Below are positions 41,632-52,864 of a DNA stretch of 64,000 nucleotides, one piece after another. The stretch is from an uncultured Thermoleophilia bacterium. Lineage in GTDB: Bacteria > Actinomycetota > Thermoleophilia > UBA2241. The notes beneath the pieces are model-generated. The model was not told the origin of the DNA. It saw nothing but the letters and a program-made list of their open reading frames with translations, and did no database searches. Within the stretch, counting starts at the first letter, position 1. Each line of letters opens with the position of its first letter. The stretch covers positions 154,663 through 218,662 of the forward strand of contig CAVTPJ010000004.1 in the NCBI GenBank assembly GCA_963736645.1, written 5' to 3'. A program made the translations under genes and the position numbers.

Positions 41632-44600
41632 ATGAGATGAGAGGCAGCTCAGACGGGGGACAGCAGAGACTCTCCAGGCGCTCATCGACGCCGATGACCA
41701 GCCGGTGTTCGCAGTGGATCGCGAGCTGCGCTACACGGCCTTCAACCGGGCCCACGCCGCGGTCATGCGCGCCCTCTATGGCGCGGAGATCGCGGTGGGA
41801 GGCCGCCTGACCGACTACCAGTCGGTCGCCGCCGACCGCCAGACCGCCACGACGAACCTCACGCGGGCGCTGGCCGGCGAGCTGGTGACCGGGAGCGCGT
41901 TCACGGGCGAGGGCCCGCAGCAGCGCTTCTTCGAGGTGGTACACGCAGCCCCAGCGGGACGACGCCGGTCAGATCGTCGGCGTGCTGGTGCGTGCCCGCG
42001 ACATCACCGAGCGCCGGCACACCGAGGAGCAGCTCGGCGAGAGCCGCGCGCTGCCAGCTCGGTCATCGAGGAGCTCGAGGCCATCCTCGACGCGACCGCC
42101 GACGGCATCCTCGCCGTGGATCAGGGCCGTCGCGTGATCCTGACCAACCGGCGCTTCGCCGAGTTGTGGCGCATCCCGGATGAGCTCGTGCAGGCGGGCG
42201 ATGAGACCGCCCTGCTCCACTACGTGGCCGATCAGCTGGCGCGGCCGGAGGAGTTCCTCGGCAAGGTCGAGGAGCTCATGCGCAGCGACGCGACCGTGTT
42301 CGACACCCTCGTCTTCAAGGACGGGCGCGTCTTCGAGCGGCACTCCGCGCCCATCATGAGGGGCTCGAGTCGACCGGCCGTGTCTGGTCCTTCAGCGACA
42401 TGACCGCCTCGGAGACCGCGAGGACGGAGCTCCAGGAGCGGGAGCGCACCCTCAGCGCGCTGCTCGGCAACCTGCCCGGCATGGTCTACCGCTGCGCCAA
42501 CGACCCCTCCTGGACCATGGAGGTGGTCAGCGCCGGGTGTGAGGACGTCACCGGATACCCGCCCGAGGCCCTCATCGGCAATGCCGTGGTCGCGTACGGC
42601 GACCTTGTCCATCCCGAGGACTCGGCGGCGGTGTGGGACAGCATCCAGGCGGCGATCGCACGAGGCGAGCCGTGGACGATCACCTATCGCATCACGACCG
42701 CGGCCGGCGAGGTGAGGTGGGTGTGGGAGCGCGGCAGCGCTCTCGTCGACGGACGACGGCGCCACCATCCTGGAGGGCTTCATCCAGGACATGACGGCGA
42801 CGAAGCTTGCCGAAGAGGAGTTGCGCGACCGGGAGGCGCGGCTGCAGGCGCGGACGGAGGAGCTGGATGTGCTGCTGAGCGTGAGCCGCGCCCTCGCCTC
42901 GAGCATCGACTACGACGAGGTGCTCGCTCATGCGGCACGCGCGGCGGCGGAGGCCTTGGGCTGCCCGCGCTGCGACATCTGGGAGTACGTGCCGGGCGAC
43001 GAGGTGCTCGTGTGCCGGCACCTGTGGGAGCGTGAGCCGCTCCCGGGTCTCGCGGAGGCGACGGTGGGGAGCGTCTACGAGGTGGCGCAGCACACCGGCG
43101 GGGTCGACGCCCTGCGCCGGAGAGAGCTCGTGCTCGACCAGCGGTCCGACCCGGAGCTCTCTGAGCTCGACCGGCGAGATGATGGACGCCTGGGGCGAGA
43201 AGACCTGGCTCACCGTGCCGCTGGTCTCCAAGCGAGGACTGCTCGGGGTGATGACGCTGAGCGAGACCGAGCGCGAGCGCCGGTTCACGGAGCAGGAGCG
43301 GCGGCTCGTCGCCGCGATCGCGGAGCAGGCGGGGGTCGCCCTGGAGAACGCCCTGCTGGTGCGCGAGCAGGAGACGCATGTGCGCTGGCTGGGGGCGCTG
43401 GTCGCCGCCAGCCGCGAGGCCGCGTCGCGGCTCGAGATGGACGAGCTGCTGGCGGACATCGCGCGCTACGCCGCCGAGTCGGTGGGCGCGCCCCTCGCGT
43501 ACATCTACGAGCTGGACACGGAGCGGGACGTGCTCATCACGAGGTCGCGGTTCGGCTCGCCCGGGGCGGGGAGGGACGAGCCGCCGGGGTTCGAGTCCGC
43601 CGTTGCGGACTCACCGGGTGACCGCGAGATCCTCGCCGGCGACCGGGTCGTCGTGGAGACGATGTCCGACCCCCGCCTGCCCGGCGAGTACCGGCGTCTC
43701 ATGGAGGAGTGGGGAGAGAAGACGCTCGTCAACGTGCCCTTCCGCTACGGAGGAGAACCCTTCGGCATGCTGGTGCTCATCGAGACGGTCGCGGAGCGCG
43801 GGTTCAGCGCCGACGAGCTCGACTACCTGCGGGCCTTCGGCGAGCAGGCGGCCGTGGCCATCCACAACGCACGGCTGTATGAGGAGGCACGTGCGGCGCG
43901 GCACGACCTCGCCGCCCTCAATGTCGAGCTCGAGCAGCGCGTGGAGGAGCGCACCGGGGAGCTGCGCGCCGCGATGGAGGAGCTGGAGGCGTTCGCCTAC
44001 TCGGTCTCGCACGACCTGCGCGCGCCCCTGCGCGCCATCGACGGCTTCAGCCACATCCTGCTCGAAGAAGAGGGCGACGCACTCAGCCCGACCGGCCACG
44101 AGTACCTCGCCCGCGTGCGAGCGTCTGCACAGCGCATGGGAGAGCTCATCGACGCCCTGCTCAGTCTGTCTCGCCTCGGGCGGAGCCGGATCGACCTCGC
44201 TCCGGTCGATCTGAGCGCCCTCGCCGAGAAGGTGCTGGCCAGGCTCGCCGAGCAGGACCCGGCGCGTCGCGTGGCCTACGCGGTCGAACCCGGGTGTACC
44301 GCGGTCAGCGACGCCAGCCTGCTGGAGGCGGTGCTCACGCAACCTCCTCGGGAACGCCTGGAAGTTCACCAAGGGGCGCGCCGAGGCGCACATCGAGTTC
44401 GGTCGTCAGGCCGGCGACGGCGAGACCGTCTACTTCGTGCGCGACGACGGCGCCGGCTTCGACCCGGCCTACGCGGACAAGCTCTTCCAGCCGTTCCAGC
44501 GTCTGCACACCGACGAGCAGTTCTCCGGCACCGGCATCGGCCTGGCCACGGTGCGGCGCATCGTCGGGCGCCTGGGAGGGCGCTGCTGGGCCGAGGGGAC

Positions 44601-44652
44601 ACCGGGCGCGGGGGCGACGTTCTTCTTCACGCTGCCGACGCATTCACCCTGA
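41632..44652 (+). CDS. PAS/PAS/PAS/GAF/GAF sensor histidine kinase (multiple frameshifts)
   Basis: PAS motifs (ATADGILAVD, NLPGMVYRC...VHPED), GAF segments, FAYSVSHDLRAPLR, DDGAGFD and GTGIGL. Confidence 0.85.
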
Positions 44653-44673
44653 TCTGCTCCTCGAGGAGGCGCG

Positions 44674-45498
44674 GTGGACTCGGGCACTCTGGTGCTCATC
44701 GGCTGGGCCTTCATGGCGGTCATGATGAGCGTCCTCTGGCTCGTCCAGAGGGCGAAGGGAGCCGCCGGCGTGGTCGACGTCGGCTGGACCGCCGGGCTCG
44801 GCATCCTCGCCGTCTTCTACGCCGTGTTCGCCGGCGGCGACCCGGCGCAGCGTCTGCTGGTGGCCGTCCTCGTCGGCATCTGGTCGACGCGCCTGGCGCT
44901 GCACGTCTACCTCGACCGCATCCGCGGCAAGGAGGAGGAAGGCCGCTACCAGGCGCTGCGCGCGAAGTGGGGAGCGCAGGCGCAGGTGCGGCTGTTCGTC
45001 TTCTTCCAGGTGCAGGGGTTCGGCGCCGCCGTCATGTCGCTTCCCTTCCTCGTCGTGGCGAGGAACGACGCCGGGCTGGGCGCGTGGTCGTGGATCGCGG
45101 TCGCCGTCTGGGCGGTCGCGGTGGTCGGCGAGGCGACCGCCGACAGGCAGCTCGCCGCCTTTCGCGCCGACCCGTCGACCAGGGGGACCGTCTGTGAGAC
45201 GGGGCTGTGGCGCTACTCGCGGCATCCGAACTACTTCTTCGAGTGGCTGCACTGGTGGACGTACGTGATCGCGGCGATCGGCGCGCCCGGGTGGTGGATG
45301 ACGCTGATCAGCCCGGCGATCATCAGCTTCTTCCTCTTGCGCGTCACCGGCATCCCGGCGACCGAGCGGCAGGCGCTCAAGAGTCGGGGCGACGCTTACC
45401 GCGAGTACCAGCGCACGACGAGCGCGTTCGTGCCCTGGTTTCGGCGCTCCGCTCGACCCACCGCCGGCACCGGCCGGCCCCGAGGATCGAAGGGCTGA
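44674..45498 (+). CDS. DUF1295 (steroid 5-alpha reductase-like) membrane protein
   Basis: GEATADRQL..F, GLWRYSRHPNYFFEW, YQRTTSAFVPW. Confidence 0.9.
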   Translation: MDSGTLVLIGWAFMAVMMSVLWLVQRAKGAAGVVDVGWTAGLGILAVFYAVFAGGDPAQRLLVAVLVGIWSTRLALHVYLDRIRGKEEEGRYQALRAKWGAQAQVRLFVFFQVQGFGAAVMSLPFLVVARNDAGLGAWSWIAVAVWAVAVVGEATADRQLAAFRADPSTRGTVCETGLWRYSRHPNYFFEWLHWWTYVIAAIGAPGWWMTLISPAIISFFLLRVTGIPATERQALKSRGDAYREYQRTTSAFVPWFRRSARPTAGTGRPRGSKG

Positions 45499-45608
45499 TT
45501 CGGGTCCTCCTGGTCTTCATGTCGGCTGCAGCAACCATTCCGCAACCGGAATCCCCGGTCCTCAGAGGGACGCGACGGGTCTCCCCGGGCTCCCGAGGTA
45601 TACTGATT

Positions 45609-45659
45609 CCCCTCGTGGGCCGCTAGCTCAGCTGGGAGAGCGCCCGCCTTTGCATGCGG
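45609..45659 (+). repeat. Duplicated 5' half of tRNA-Ala (pseudo-tRNA or att-like site)
   Basis: 36 bp (45609-45644) identical to 47335-47370, then a degenerate anticodon arm; no T-arm or CCA; TATACT at 45599-45604. Confidence 0.85.
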
Positions 45660-45868
45660 CATCGTGCCCCACACTCCTCGTGCAGGTGTCCGGAGGAGAT
45701 TCAGAGGCGGCGGATGAAGAAGCGTGTGCAATGCGGCAAATCCGGCACCGTGATCGCGAACGAAGCGCACCTGTGTGTGCTGCAGCCGCCGTCAGGAGGC
45801 CGAGCCCGCCACCGCCAAGCGGTCGTGCCGCTGAGAGGCCGGATGACTTAGAGCGAGGAGCGAGTGCC

Positions 45869-47031
45869 GTGACACCGCGAGCGGGGAGCCGCAGATACGG
45901 CACCGACCTCGACAGCATCTTCGCTCCTTGGCGGCTGGGGCCACTCCAGGTCCCCATCGCCTCGTGCGCAGCGCCACCGAGGAGGGTCTTTCGACCGGAG
46001 ACGGCGCACCCACCCAGCGGCTGATCGACCTCACCACCGTCCATGGCCGTGGGCGGCGTCGGCCTGATCGTGGCCGGCAGCGCGTTCTCTGCCGCGAGGG
46101 CCGGGCGCGCAACCAATGTCACCGGGATCGACATGATGCGCTGATCGAGCCGCTGGGCCGGATGTGCGATGCGGTCCACGCCGCCGGCGGCCTGCTTGCG
46201 GCGCAGCTTTTGCACAGCGGGTCCACGCTCCGACCTGTGATGGTGGCCGAGAAGGAAGGGCGGTACGGGCCGTCGGCCGAACCGGTCGATCCGGTGTGCG
46301 GAGCCCCGGTTCGGGCGCTGACGACGCCGCAGATCGCGGACGTCGTGGGATCTACGCTCGCGCGGCGTCGAGGGCCCGCAGGGCCGGCTTCGACGCCGTG
46401 CAGATCACGCCGCGCACGGCTACTTGATCGACCAGTTCCTGAACCCCGCCCGGAACCGGCGCGAGGACGCCTACGGCGGCTCGCTCCAGCGCCGGGCGCG
46501 CCTTCTGTACGAGGTCTACGAAGCGGTGCGCGCCGCCGTCGGCCCCGACTTCCCCGTGTTCGTCAAGATGAGCGCCCACGACGGCTACGCCGGCGGCACG
46601 CTGCCGCGGCAGGCCGTGCAGGTCGCGGCAGAGCTCGACCGACTGGGCATCGACGCCATCGAGGTCAGCGCCGGCACGCCCGAGGGGGCCGCGCTGGGCG
46701 GCTGGGACCACATGATGCCGGCGCCCATCCCCGAGGGCAGGTTCTTCGACTACGCGCTCAGCATCAAACGCAACGTCCGCTGCCCGGTGACTCGGTTGAA
46801 GGCTGGCCCGCCACCTCTGTGGATTCGGCGGGGGCGCTGGAGCGCATCGATGCCGTCTCACTGTGCCGCCCCTTCATCCGCGAGCCCCGCCTGGCGGCCC
46901 GCTGGCGAGACGGCGACCTGACACCCGCGACCTGCATCTCGTGCAACAAGTGCTTGGACCTCATCGTCGACCGCGGCCTGGGCTGCATCTTCCACAAGCG
47001 TGCGAGACGCCGGGCAGTCCCTGACGCGTGA
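45869..47031 (+). CDS. NADH:flavin oxidoreductase / Old Yellow Enzyme family (several frameshifts)
   Basis: [56 protein letters not shown]. Confidence 0.8.
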
Positions 47032-47342
47032 CGACGCAATCCCGGCTCGGGCACGCCGTCTGAGGCGGCCAAAGAAGCAGTAGGCGGCGGCAGATCGCGC
47101 TCCGGGAGGCCGTCAACGATTTGGCAGCCGCGGCGACCACAAGGAGTCCTCGCCCCGTCACCGCTCGCGCTCGACTGGAACAGCGTGCGTGGCTAGCGGC
47201 GGCCCCACCCCATAGCCGGCGACGCCGCGCATGTCGAAGGCGGGCAGAAGATGGAAGGCCATTCGGGACCGCAACCTTCTCGCAACCCTGAGCCGTCCTG
47301 ACGGCCTCTCCCGGCCACCTCAGCTATACTTGTCCCCCTCGT

Positions 47343-47418
47343 GGGCCGCTAGCTCAGCTGGGAGAGCGCCGCCCTTGCACGGCGGAGGTCAGGGGTTCGA
47401 GCCCCCTGCGGTCCACCA
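47343..47418 (+). tRNA. tRNA-Ala (anticodon UGC)
   Basis: 76-nt cloverleaf GGGCCGC...GCGGTCC-ACCA; anticodon arm CCGCC-CTTGCAC-GGCGG; GTTCGA T-loop; TATACT -10 at 47325-30. Confidence 0.97.
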
Positions 47419-47565
47419 TTCGATGACCGCGAAGTCGGCATCGCCGGGACCACCTACACGCGGACCGAGAGCATCCTGCGTGACCACGTGAGCGAGGATC
47501 TTGGGCGCGTGCCGCTCTCGCGCTTCACGCCGAAGGTCGCCGTATCCGCCGCCAGTCAACGGTTA

Positions 47566-49198
47566 TCACCGTGCCGCCGCCGGCTCGGTGACGATGTCGA
47601 ACTGCGCGCCGGCCTCCGATGCGCGCTCGCGCATCGACCTCAGGCCCATGTGGGTGGGGTCGAAGTCCGAGGGCTCGAAGCCGCAGCCGTCGTCGCCGAC
47701 GATCAGGCGGACCGCGTCCGCCTCTGCACTGAGGTCCACCCAGGCCTTCGACGCCCGAGCATGGCGCGTGATGTTGCTGAGGGCCTCCTGAGTGATGCGG
47801 TAGACGGGTACGTGCAGGGTGCGCGGCAGCTGGCCATCACCATGGATCGTGAGCCGGACATCGATGCTGGCACGGCCCTCCGCTGCTTCGACCAGATGCC
47901 GGAACAGCTGACCGATGGGCACCTCCTCCAGAGGCTCGCCGCGCAATTCGAGCAGCAGTGTCCGCATCTGCGCCAGGGCGCCGCGGCTCAAGCGGCGCAC
48001 CTCCTCAGCGGCCTGAGTGGTCCCGCTGGAGGGCGAGTCATCGGCAAATGTCAGCGCCTCGGCCTTCAGGGCGGCGGCGAAGAGCGACTGCGTCACCGAG
48101 TCGTGGAGGTCGCGCGCGAGGCGCGCCCGCTCCTGCTGCGCCGCGCGCTCCGCCTCGTTCTCCCTCAGGGCCTGCTCGGCCTGCTTTCGCTCCGTGATGT
48201 CGTGGACCATGCCGATGGAGCGCACGATCTGCCCGGCGTCGTCGCGGATGTGCTCGCAGCGCTCCAGGACGGTGCGTATCTCGCCGGTCCTTGCGCACGA
48301 CCCGGTGCTCGATCTCGTAGGTGTCGCGGTCGTCGGCCAGTGAGTCACCGTAGGCTGCGTCCACGGCCGCTCGGTCGTCGGGGTGGATGTGCTCGAGAAA
48401 CGCCTCGTAGGTGGCGCCGAACTCCTGGGGCTGGAGTCCGAAGATGCGGTAGACCTCGTCGGACCAGCTCAGGTGACCGGTCTGCGAGGTCCAGCTGCCA
48501 GCTGCCGAGATGGGCCATCGCCTGTGCTCGGCTGAGCCCCTTCTGGGTCTCTCGCAGGGACGCCGTCAGCTGGTCCCGTTCGCCGAGCAGCCGAGCCAGC
48601 TTGACGTTGCTGTAGCCGAGCTGCGAGAGCGTGTCTGCCAGCTGAAGGAAGAAGGCCATGCCGCGATCGACCGTCTCACGGCTCAGGCGCGGGACGCGGT
48701 CCAGGGCAGCGAGGTACGCCTCTCGTCGAAACCGTATCTCTGCGCCTGTGCGCGGAACAGCTCGCGGTCGACGGCTTCGTCCTCGAAGAAGAACTGGCCC
48801 GAGAAGATGTTGCCGAGCACCTTGCCGCCGACCACGATCGGGGTGGCGATGTCCCACATGTTGTTCTTGCAGCGGTAGAGGCGGTACTCGCCCTGCGGCA
48901 AGGCCGGCCGAGAGCTGCGTGTCGCTCTCAAGACAGTTGGCGGCCGTCTCCGGTGCTGACGGTGGAAGGTGGTGCATATCTCCTGCCAGCCGACCCCCAC
49001 CAGCACGCGGCCGTGGCGGTCGATGATGCTCATCGGGATGTGGGCCAGCTGATGGAAGTCGTCCATCAGTCGCTGCAGGTCCTCGGACTCGATCAGGTCG
49101 TCCAGCTCGATGCCATCGAACTCGCTCTCCGGGTCGAGCCGGCTCAGCGGGGTCTGGTCGGAGTTCGCGGGCCGGTCACCCGGCGATGCGTCGGACAT
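47566..49198 (-). CDS. PocR-domain + PAS + HisKA_3 sensor histidine kinase (frameshifted)
   Basis: LQRLMDDF...GWQEICT.FHR...YRCKNNMWDIATPI (PocR); RLARDLHDSVTQ; QEALSNITRHA; DDGCGF. Confidence 0.82.
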
Positions 49199-49269
49199 CG
49201 TTCTCCTGGTCATTGGCCGGTGCAAGGCAGCTCCGGCATGCAGCCGCATGATGCCACAACTCGTGCGTA

Positions 49270-49989
49270 TCAGGAGAGGTGGCGGCGCGCGCGGAACGCG
49301 AGCGCCAGCAGCAGCCCCGTGACCGTCAGCGTCAGCCAGGTGATGGAGATGGCCGCGACCTCGAAGCGGTACTCGATGCCGAGGCCGAAGTACCACGACA
49401 GGCCGACGAAGGCCGTGACGAGAAGCACCGCGGAGACCCCGTACACCCACCGCGCGGCGCGCTCCAGGCGGGTCCCATCCAGTGACAGCGCGAGGAACGC
49501 GAACGAGAGGCCCAGCACCAGGAAGCCGAGCTCCTCGAGTGCGATGAACACGCCGTGCGGGTTGTACTGGGAGATGATGGCGAGCCCGTCCGCCTCACCG
49601 AGCCGGAGCGCGGGCTGCACGGTGCGGAGCTGGATGAAGTAGTCGAGGGCGATGATCGCGAAGGACGCGGTCGCCAGGGACAGGCCGATCGTGCCGAACA
49701 CCCGGCGGCCCTCCGCCGCGCGCTCGCGGAGGCAGGCGGCCAGCACGAGGTACGCCAGCATCATCAACAGCGCGAGGTACATCCACACGAAGTCGCGCGG
49801 CACGTAGCGCGCGGCGGCGGCGTAGGGATACTCGAGCGCGCTGCCGGGCGCCGCGAAGGGGCCGGTACGCGGCGGCGTGGTCACCGCCACGGCGAAGGAC
49901 ACGGCGGCGAGGAGTGCCGTCAGCGCCGCGGCCCAGAACCCGGCGCGTTCCGCGGTGCTCACCCGCTCGTCGAGTGCCGGCCGGCCCAT
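49270..49989 (-). CDS. Hypothetical multi-pass membrane protein
   Basis: About 7 TM helices, DYFIQL...SQYNPHGVFIALEELG; translationally coupled to the SRPBCC gene. Confidence 0.7.
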   Translation of the reverse strand: MGRPALDERVSTAERAGFWAAALTALLAAVSFAVAVTTPPRTGPFAAPGSALEYPYAAAARYVPRDFVWMYLALLMMLAYLVLAACLRERAAEGRRVFGTIGLSLATASFAIIALDYFIQLRTVQPALRLGEADGLAIISQYNPHGVFIALEELGFLVLGLSFAFLALSLDGTRLERAARWVYGVSAVLLVTAFVGLSWYFGLGIEYRFEVAAISITWLTLTVTGLLLALAFRARRHLS

Positions 49990-50426
49990 CACGGTCTCCT
50001 CTCCAGGACGCGCTTGAGCTCGGCCCAGATCCTGCGCTCCTGACGGCGGCCCATCCACGCGACCAGCGGCGAGAACAGACGGAGCGCGCCGCCGGGAGCG
50101 ACGTCCCACGTCCAGTGCAGCAACGTCGCCTCTCCCTGCGGCTCGAAGGCCAGCTCTCCGTCGACGGCGACGCCGGCGAACGAGGAGTGGGAGCCGAGGC
50201 GAGCCGGTCGCGCATACGTGGTGAGCTCGAGGTCCATGGGCAGTGTCCGCCGGCCCGACTTCATCACCGCCCGGAACCGTGTGCCGCTGCCGATCGGTCC
50301 GTCGGAGACCTTCTCGACCGAGAGCATCTGCGGGTTGTAGGCGGGTTCGTTGCGTTCGTCGCAGACGAAGTCGAAGACCTCCTCCGCCGGACGGTCGATG
50401 ACGAGCTCACCGGTGATGCGTGCCAT
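49989..50426 (-). CDS. SRPBCC family protein
   Basis: IDRPAEEVFDFV.DERNEP.YNP...GPIGSGTRF. Confidence 0.85.
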   Translation of the reverse strand: MARITGELVIDRPAEEVFDFVCDERNEPAYNPQMLSVEKVSDGPIGSGTRFRAVMKSGRRTLPMDLELTTYARPARLGSHSSFAGVAVDGELAFEPQGEATLLHWTWDVAPGGALRLFSPLVAWMGRRQERRIWAELKRVLERRP

Positions 50427-50457
50427 CCATGTCCTCCGATCTCCGTCCGGGCTCTGA

Positions 50458-50516
50458 AGTCAACACCGTTGACTCAGCTTAGTCCACAGCGTTGACACTT
50501 GTCAACAGTGTGGACT
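50458..50516. promoter_or_regulatory. Three 17-bp palindromic TetR operators
   Basis: AGTCAACACCGTTGACT (50458), AGTCCACAGCGTTGACA (50481) and TGTCAACAGTGTGGACT (50500) between divergent genes. Confidence 0.8.
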
Positions 50517-50548
50517 AGGGTGTGTGCGACGACGAGGAAAGGCGACCG

Positions 50549-51202
50549 ATGGCCCACGAGAATCGCGCGCGTGGACGACTGAGCCGGGAGGTGCTGGTCG
50601 CGACGGCCCTTGAGATCGCCGACCGCGAAGGGCTGGAGGCGTTGTCGATGCGTCGTCTCGGGGCCGAGCTGGGCGTCGACGCGACGGCGGCGTACCGGCA
50701 CCTGCTGGGCAAGAAGGATCTGCTCGCCGGCGTCGTGGAGGCCGTGCTCGCCGGCGCCGACGTCGAGACCGATCCGTCGGCGCCGTGGCAGGAGCAGTTC
50801 CGCGATGTGGCGCGCGCGTACCGGGCTGCTCTGCTGGCCCATAGCCCGGCGGTCGCGCGCCTCGCGGCGACGCTGCCGATCAACTCACTCGAGTCGCTCC
50901 GCGTCATCGAGCACGCCGTCGCGATCCTCGTCCAGGCCGACGTTCCGCTGCGCGACGCCGCGACCGCAGTGCAGGCCGTCGGTCAGCTCACGACCGGCTC
51001 GGTGCTGCTCGAGGCCTTCTGGCGCGAGCATGCGGCGGCGGGCGGAGAGATCTACCTCTACCCGCCGATGCTCCCGCACTCCGACCTGCCGGCCATGAGC
51101 GAGGCAGCCGTCGCGGGCGCCTTCCTCTCGCCCGAGGAGGTCTTCGAGTTCGGCCTTGAGGCGGTGATCCATAAGCTGCAGGACGCAGCCGGAGCGCGCT
51201 GA
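50549..51202 (+). CDS. TetR/AcrR family regulator
   Basis: LSRE..VATAL.IADREGLEALSMRRLGAELGV...Y..KKDL; C-terminal FEFGLE. Confidence 0.92.
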   Translation: MAHENRARGRLSREVLVATALEIADREGLEALSMRRLGAELGVDATAAYRHLLGKKDLLAGVVEAVLAGADVETDPSAPWQEQFRDVARAYRAALLAHSPAVARLAATLPINSLESLRVIEHAVAILVQADVPLRDAATAVQAVGQLTTGSVLLEAFWREHAAAGGEIYLYPPMLPHSDLPAMSEAAVAGAFLSPEEVFEFGLEAVIHKLQDAAGAR

Positions 51203-51289
51203 TCCCGCCGGGTCCGACGGTGATCCTTGAACGTGCCTCTCCGAGCACGCACCGATGACAAAAGGCACACATGAGTGTATTCTGGTGCC

Positions 51290-51583
51290 ATGAAGCCGTT
51301 CCACTGGAACTCCGACAAGAACGAGTCGCTGTCGGCAGATCGGGGAATCTCGTTCGAGATCGTCGTGGTGGCGATCGGAGCGGGCGGGTTGCTCGACATC
51401 CTGGCGCATCCCAACCAGAGGCAGTACCCGCGCCAGCGCATCCTCGTGGTGACCGTGGACGACTACGTGTACCTGGTGCCGTTCGTGGAAGAAGACGACT
51501 ACCTGTTCCTCAAGACGATCATCCCCAGTCGCAAAGCGACCCGGGAGTACCTGCAGAGAGGTGAGGCAGATGCCGAAGATTGA
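51290..51583 (+). CDS. BrnT-like toxin
   Basis: WNSDKNE.L..RGISFE...YLVPFV...FLKTIIPSRKAT. Confidence 0.82.
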   Translation: MKPFHWNSDKNESLSADRGISFEIVVVAIGAGGLLDILAHPNQRQYPRQRILVVTVDDYVYLVPFVEEDDYLFLKTIIPSRKATREYLQRGEADAED

Positions 51584-51872
51584 CCCCTACGAAGAGGAAG
51601 TCCTCGGCGCCTTTGAGAAGGGCGCGCTGAAGTCGGTCGCGACCAAGGCAGAGCTTGCGCGCATCAAGTCGGTGGCTCGCGCCACGGCCATCAAGGACCG
51701 GCGCGTGAACATCCGTTTGTCGTCCGGCGATCTGAGCGACATCCAGGCGCGGGCGCTCGAGGAGGGCGTACCGTACCAGACGCTGATCGCGAGTGTGCTG
51801 CACAAGTACGTGACGGGCCGACTTGCCGATCGCCCGCGCGCGACCGGACGCAAGAAGGCCGCCGCCGGCTGA
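51570..51872 (+). CDS. Cognate ribbon-helix-helix antitoxin
   Basis: KDRRVNIRLS..DL...EGVPYQTLIASVLHKY; overlaps the toxin. Confidence 0.82.
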   Translation: MPKIDPYEEEVLGAFEKGALKSVATKAELARIKSVARATAIKDRRVNIRLSSGDLSDIQARALEEGVPYQTLIASVLHKYVTGRLADRPRATGRKKAAAG

Positions 51873-51879
51873 TCCTGGG

Positions 51880-52864
51880 CTACGCGTCGGCCGGCGCCAG
51901 CCCCATCGCTGTGTCGGCGTGAAGCGCCTGCCGGGCACGGGCCGTCAGCTGGGCGGGACCCTCTGGATCTGGAAGAGGCGCCAGAGACCTCCAGCGCGCG
52001 CGGCGGCCTCGGCGCTGGTCTGCACTTCGACACCGCGCTCCCACACGAGCCCGATGAGGCGGCGGCGAAGGCGCGCGTGGATGATGAGCCAGCGTGACCG
52101 TCAGCGTCCCACCGCACCTCGATCCTCTTGCCGAGTGCAGTCGTGACGACGCGGCCGGCCGTGGCGATCCGGGGGTCCGGCAGCTCGTGGCGAGCGTTGA
52201 TCGCGAGGATGCTGCAGTCGAGCATGCCCGGGCCAGGTCGTACCGGCTGCGGGACGCAACTCCTGAAGAGGCCCGCCCCGGCCAGCTTCGCGGCGCGTCA
52301 GGAGGGTCGCAGCGGAACCGTTGGGTGCGACGAAGGAGAGGCCGCTGAGCATGACCACGCGCTCGCCCGGACGCCGACGGCATTGTGCACGTACCCTGCC
52401 GCGTCCGCTCGGGCGCCGCTCGTGGCCCCGAGCCCGTGTCGACCGACTCTGCTACGAACGGCATCTTCAGCTGGCCGTCGAGCATGATTGTCCGCTGGTC
52501 CAGCCAACGCACCGCCCAGTTGTTGAGCCAGTCGGCTTCGTGCAGGGTGTACGTCCGCGCCTTGCTGCCGGCCGGCTCCAGGTACACGTCGGTGGACCCG
52601 CCAAGCGCGCCCTCGTCGTTGCTGTCGATGACCAGGGCCCACTTCCCGTCGGGCGATAGCTTGGTGCGCTGAGTGTGCACGGCGAACGAGCCGACCAGGC
52701 GGAGGGCCTTTGTGCCGAGCACGACGCCGATGACTCCAAGTGCGCCAAGTCCGATCACCACGATCAGGATGACGACCAGCAGAGTCAGGCGGCCGCGGCG
52801 CGCCGGCTCGACGGCGGCGCCGTCGTCTTCCCAGCCGCCCTTCAAGTCGGCTCGCAGCCGTCAT
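51880..52864 (-). CDS. Membrane-anchored protein with a DUF5412-like domain; 3' part degraded
   Basis: TM followed by SPDGKW...EGALGG...VRWLDQRTIMLDG. Confidence 0.45.

Noticed and set aside
45660-45860. c-di-GMP or other riboswitch after the tRNA half
   Set aside because: Only GGCAAA matches; the GAAA tetraloop and GCAAAG elements are missing
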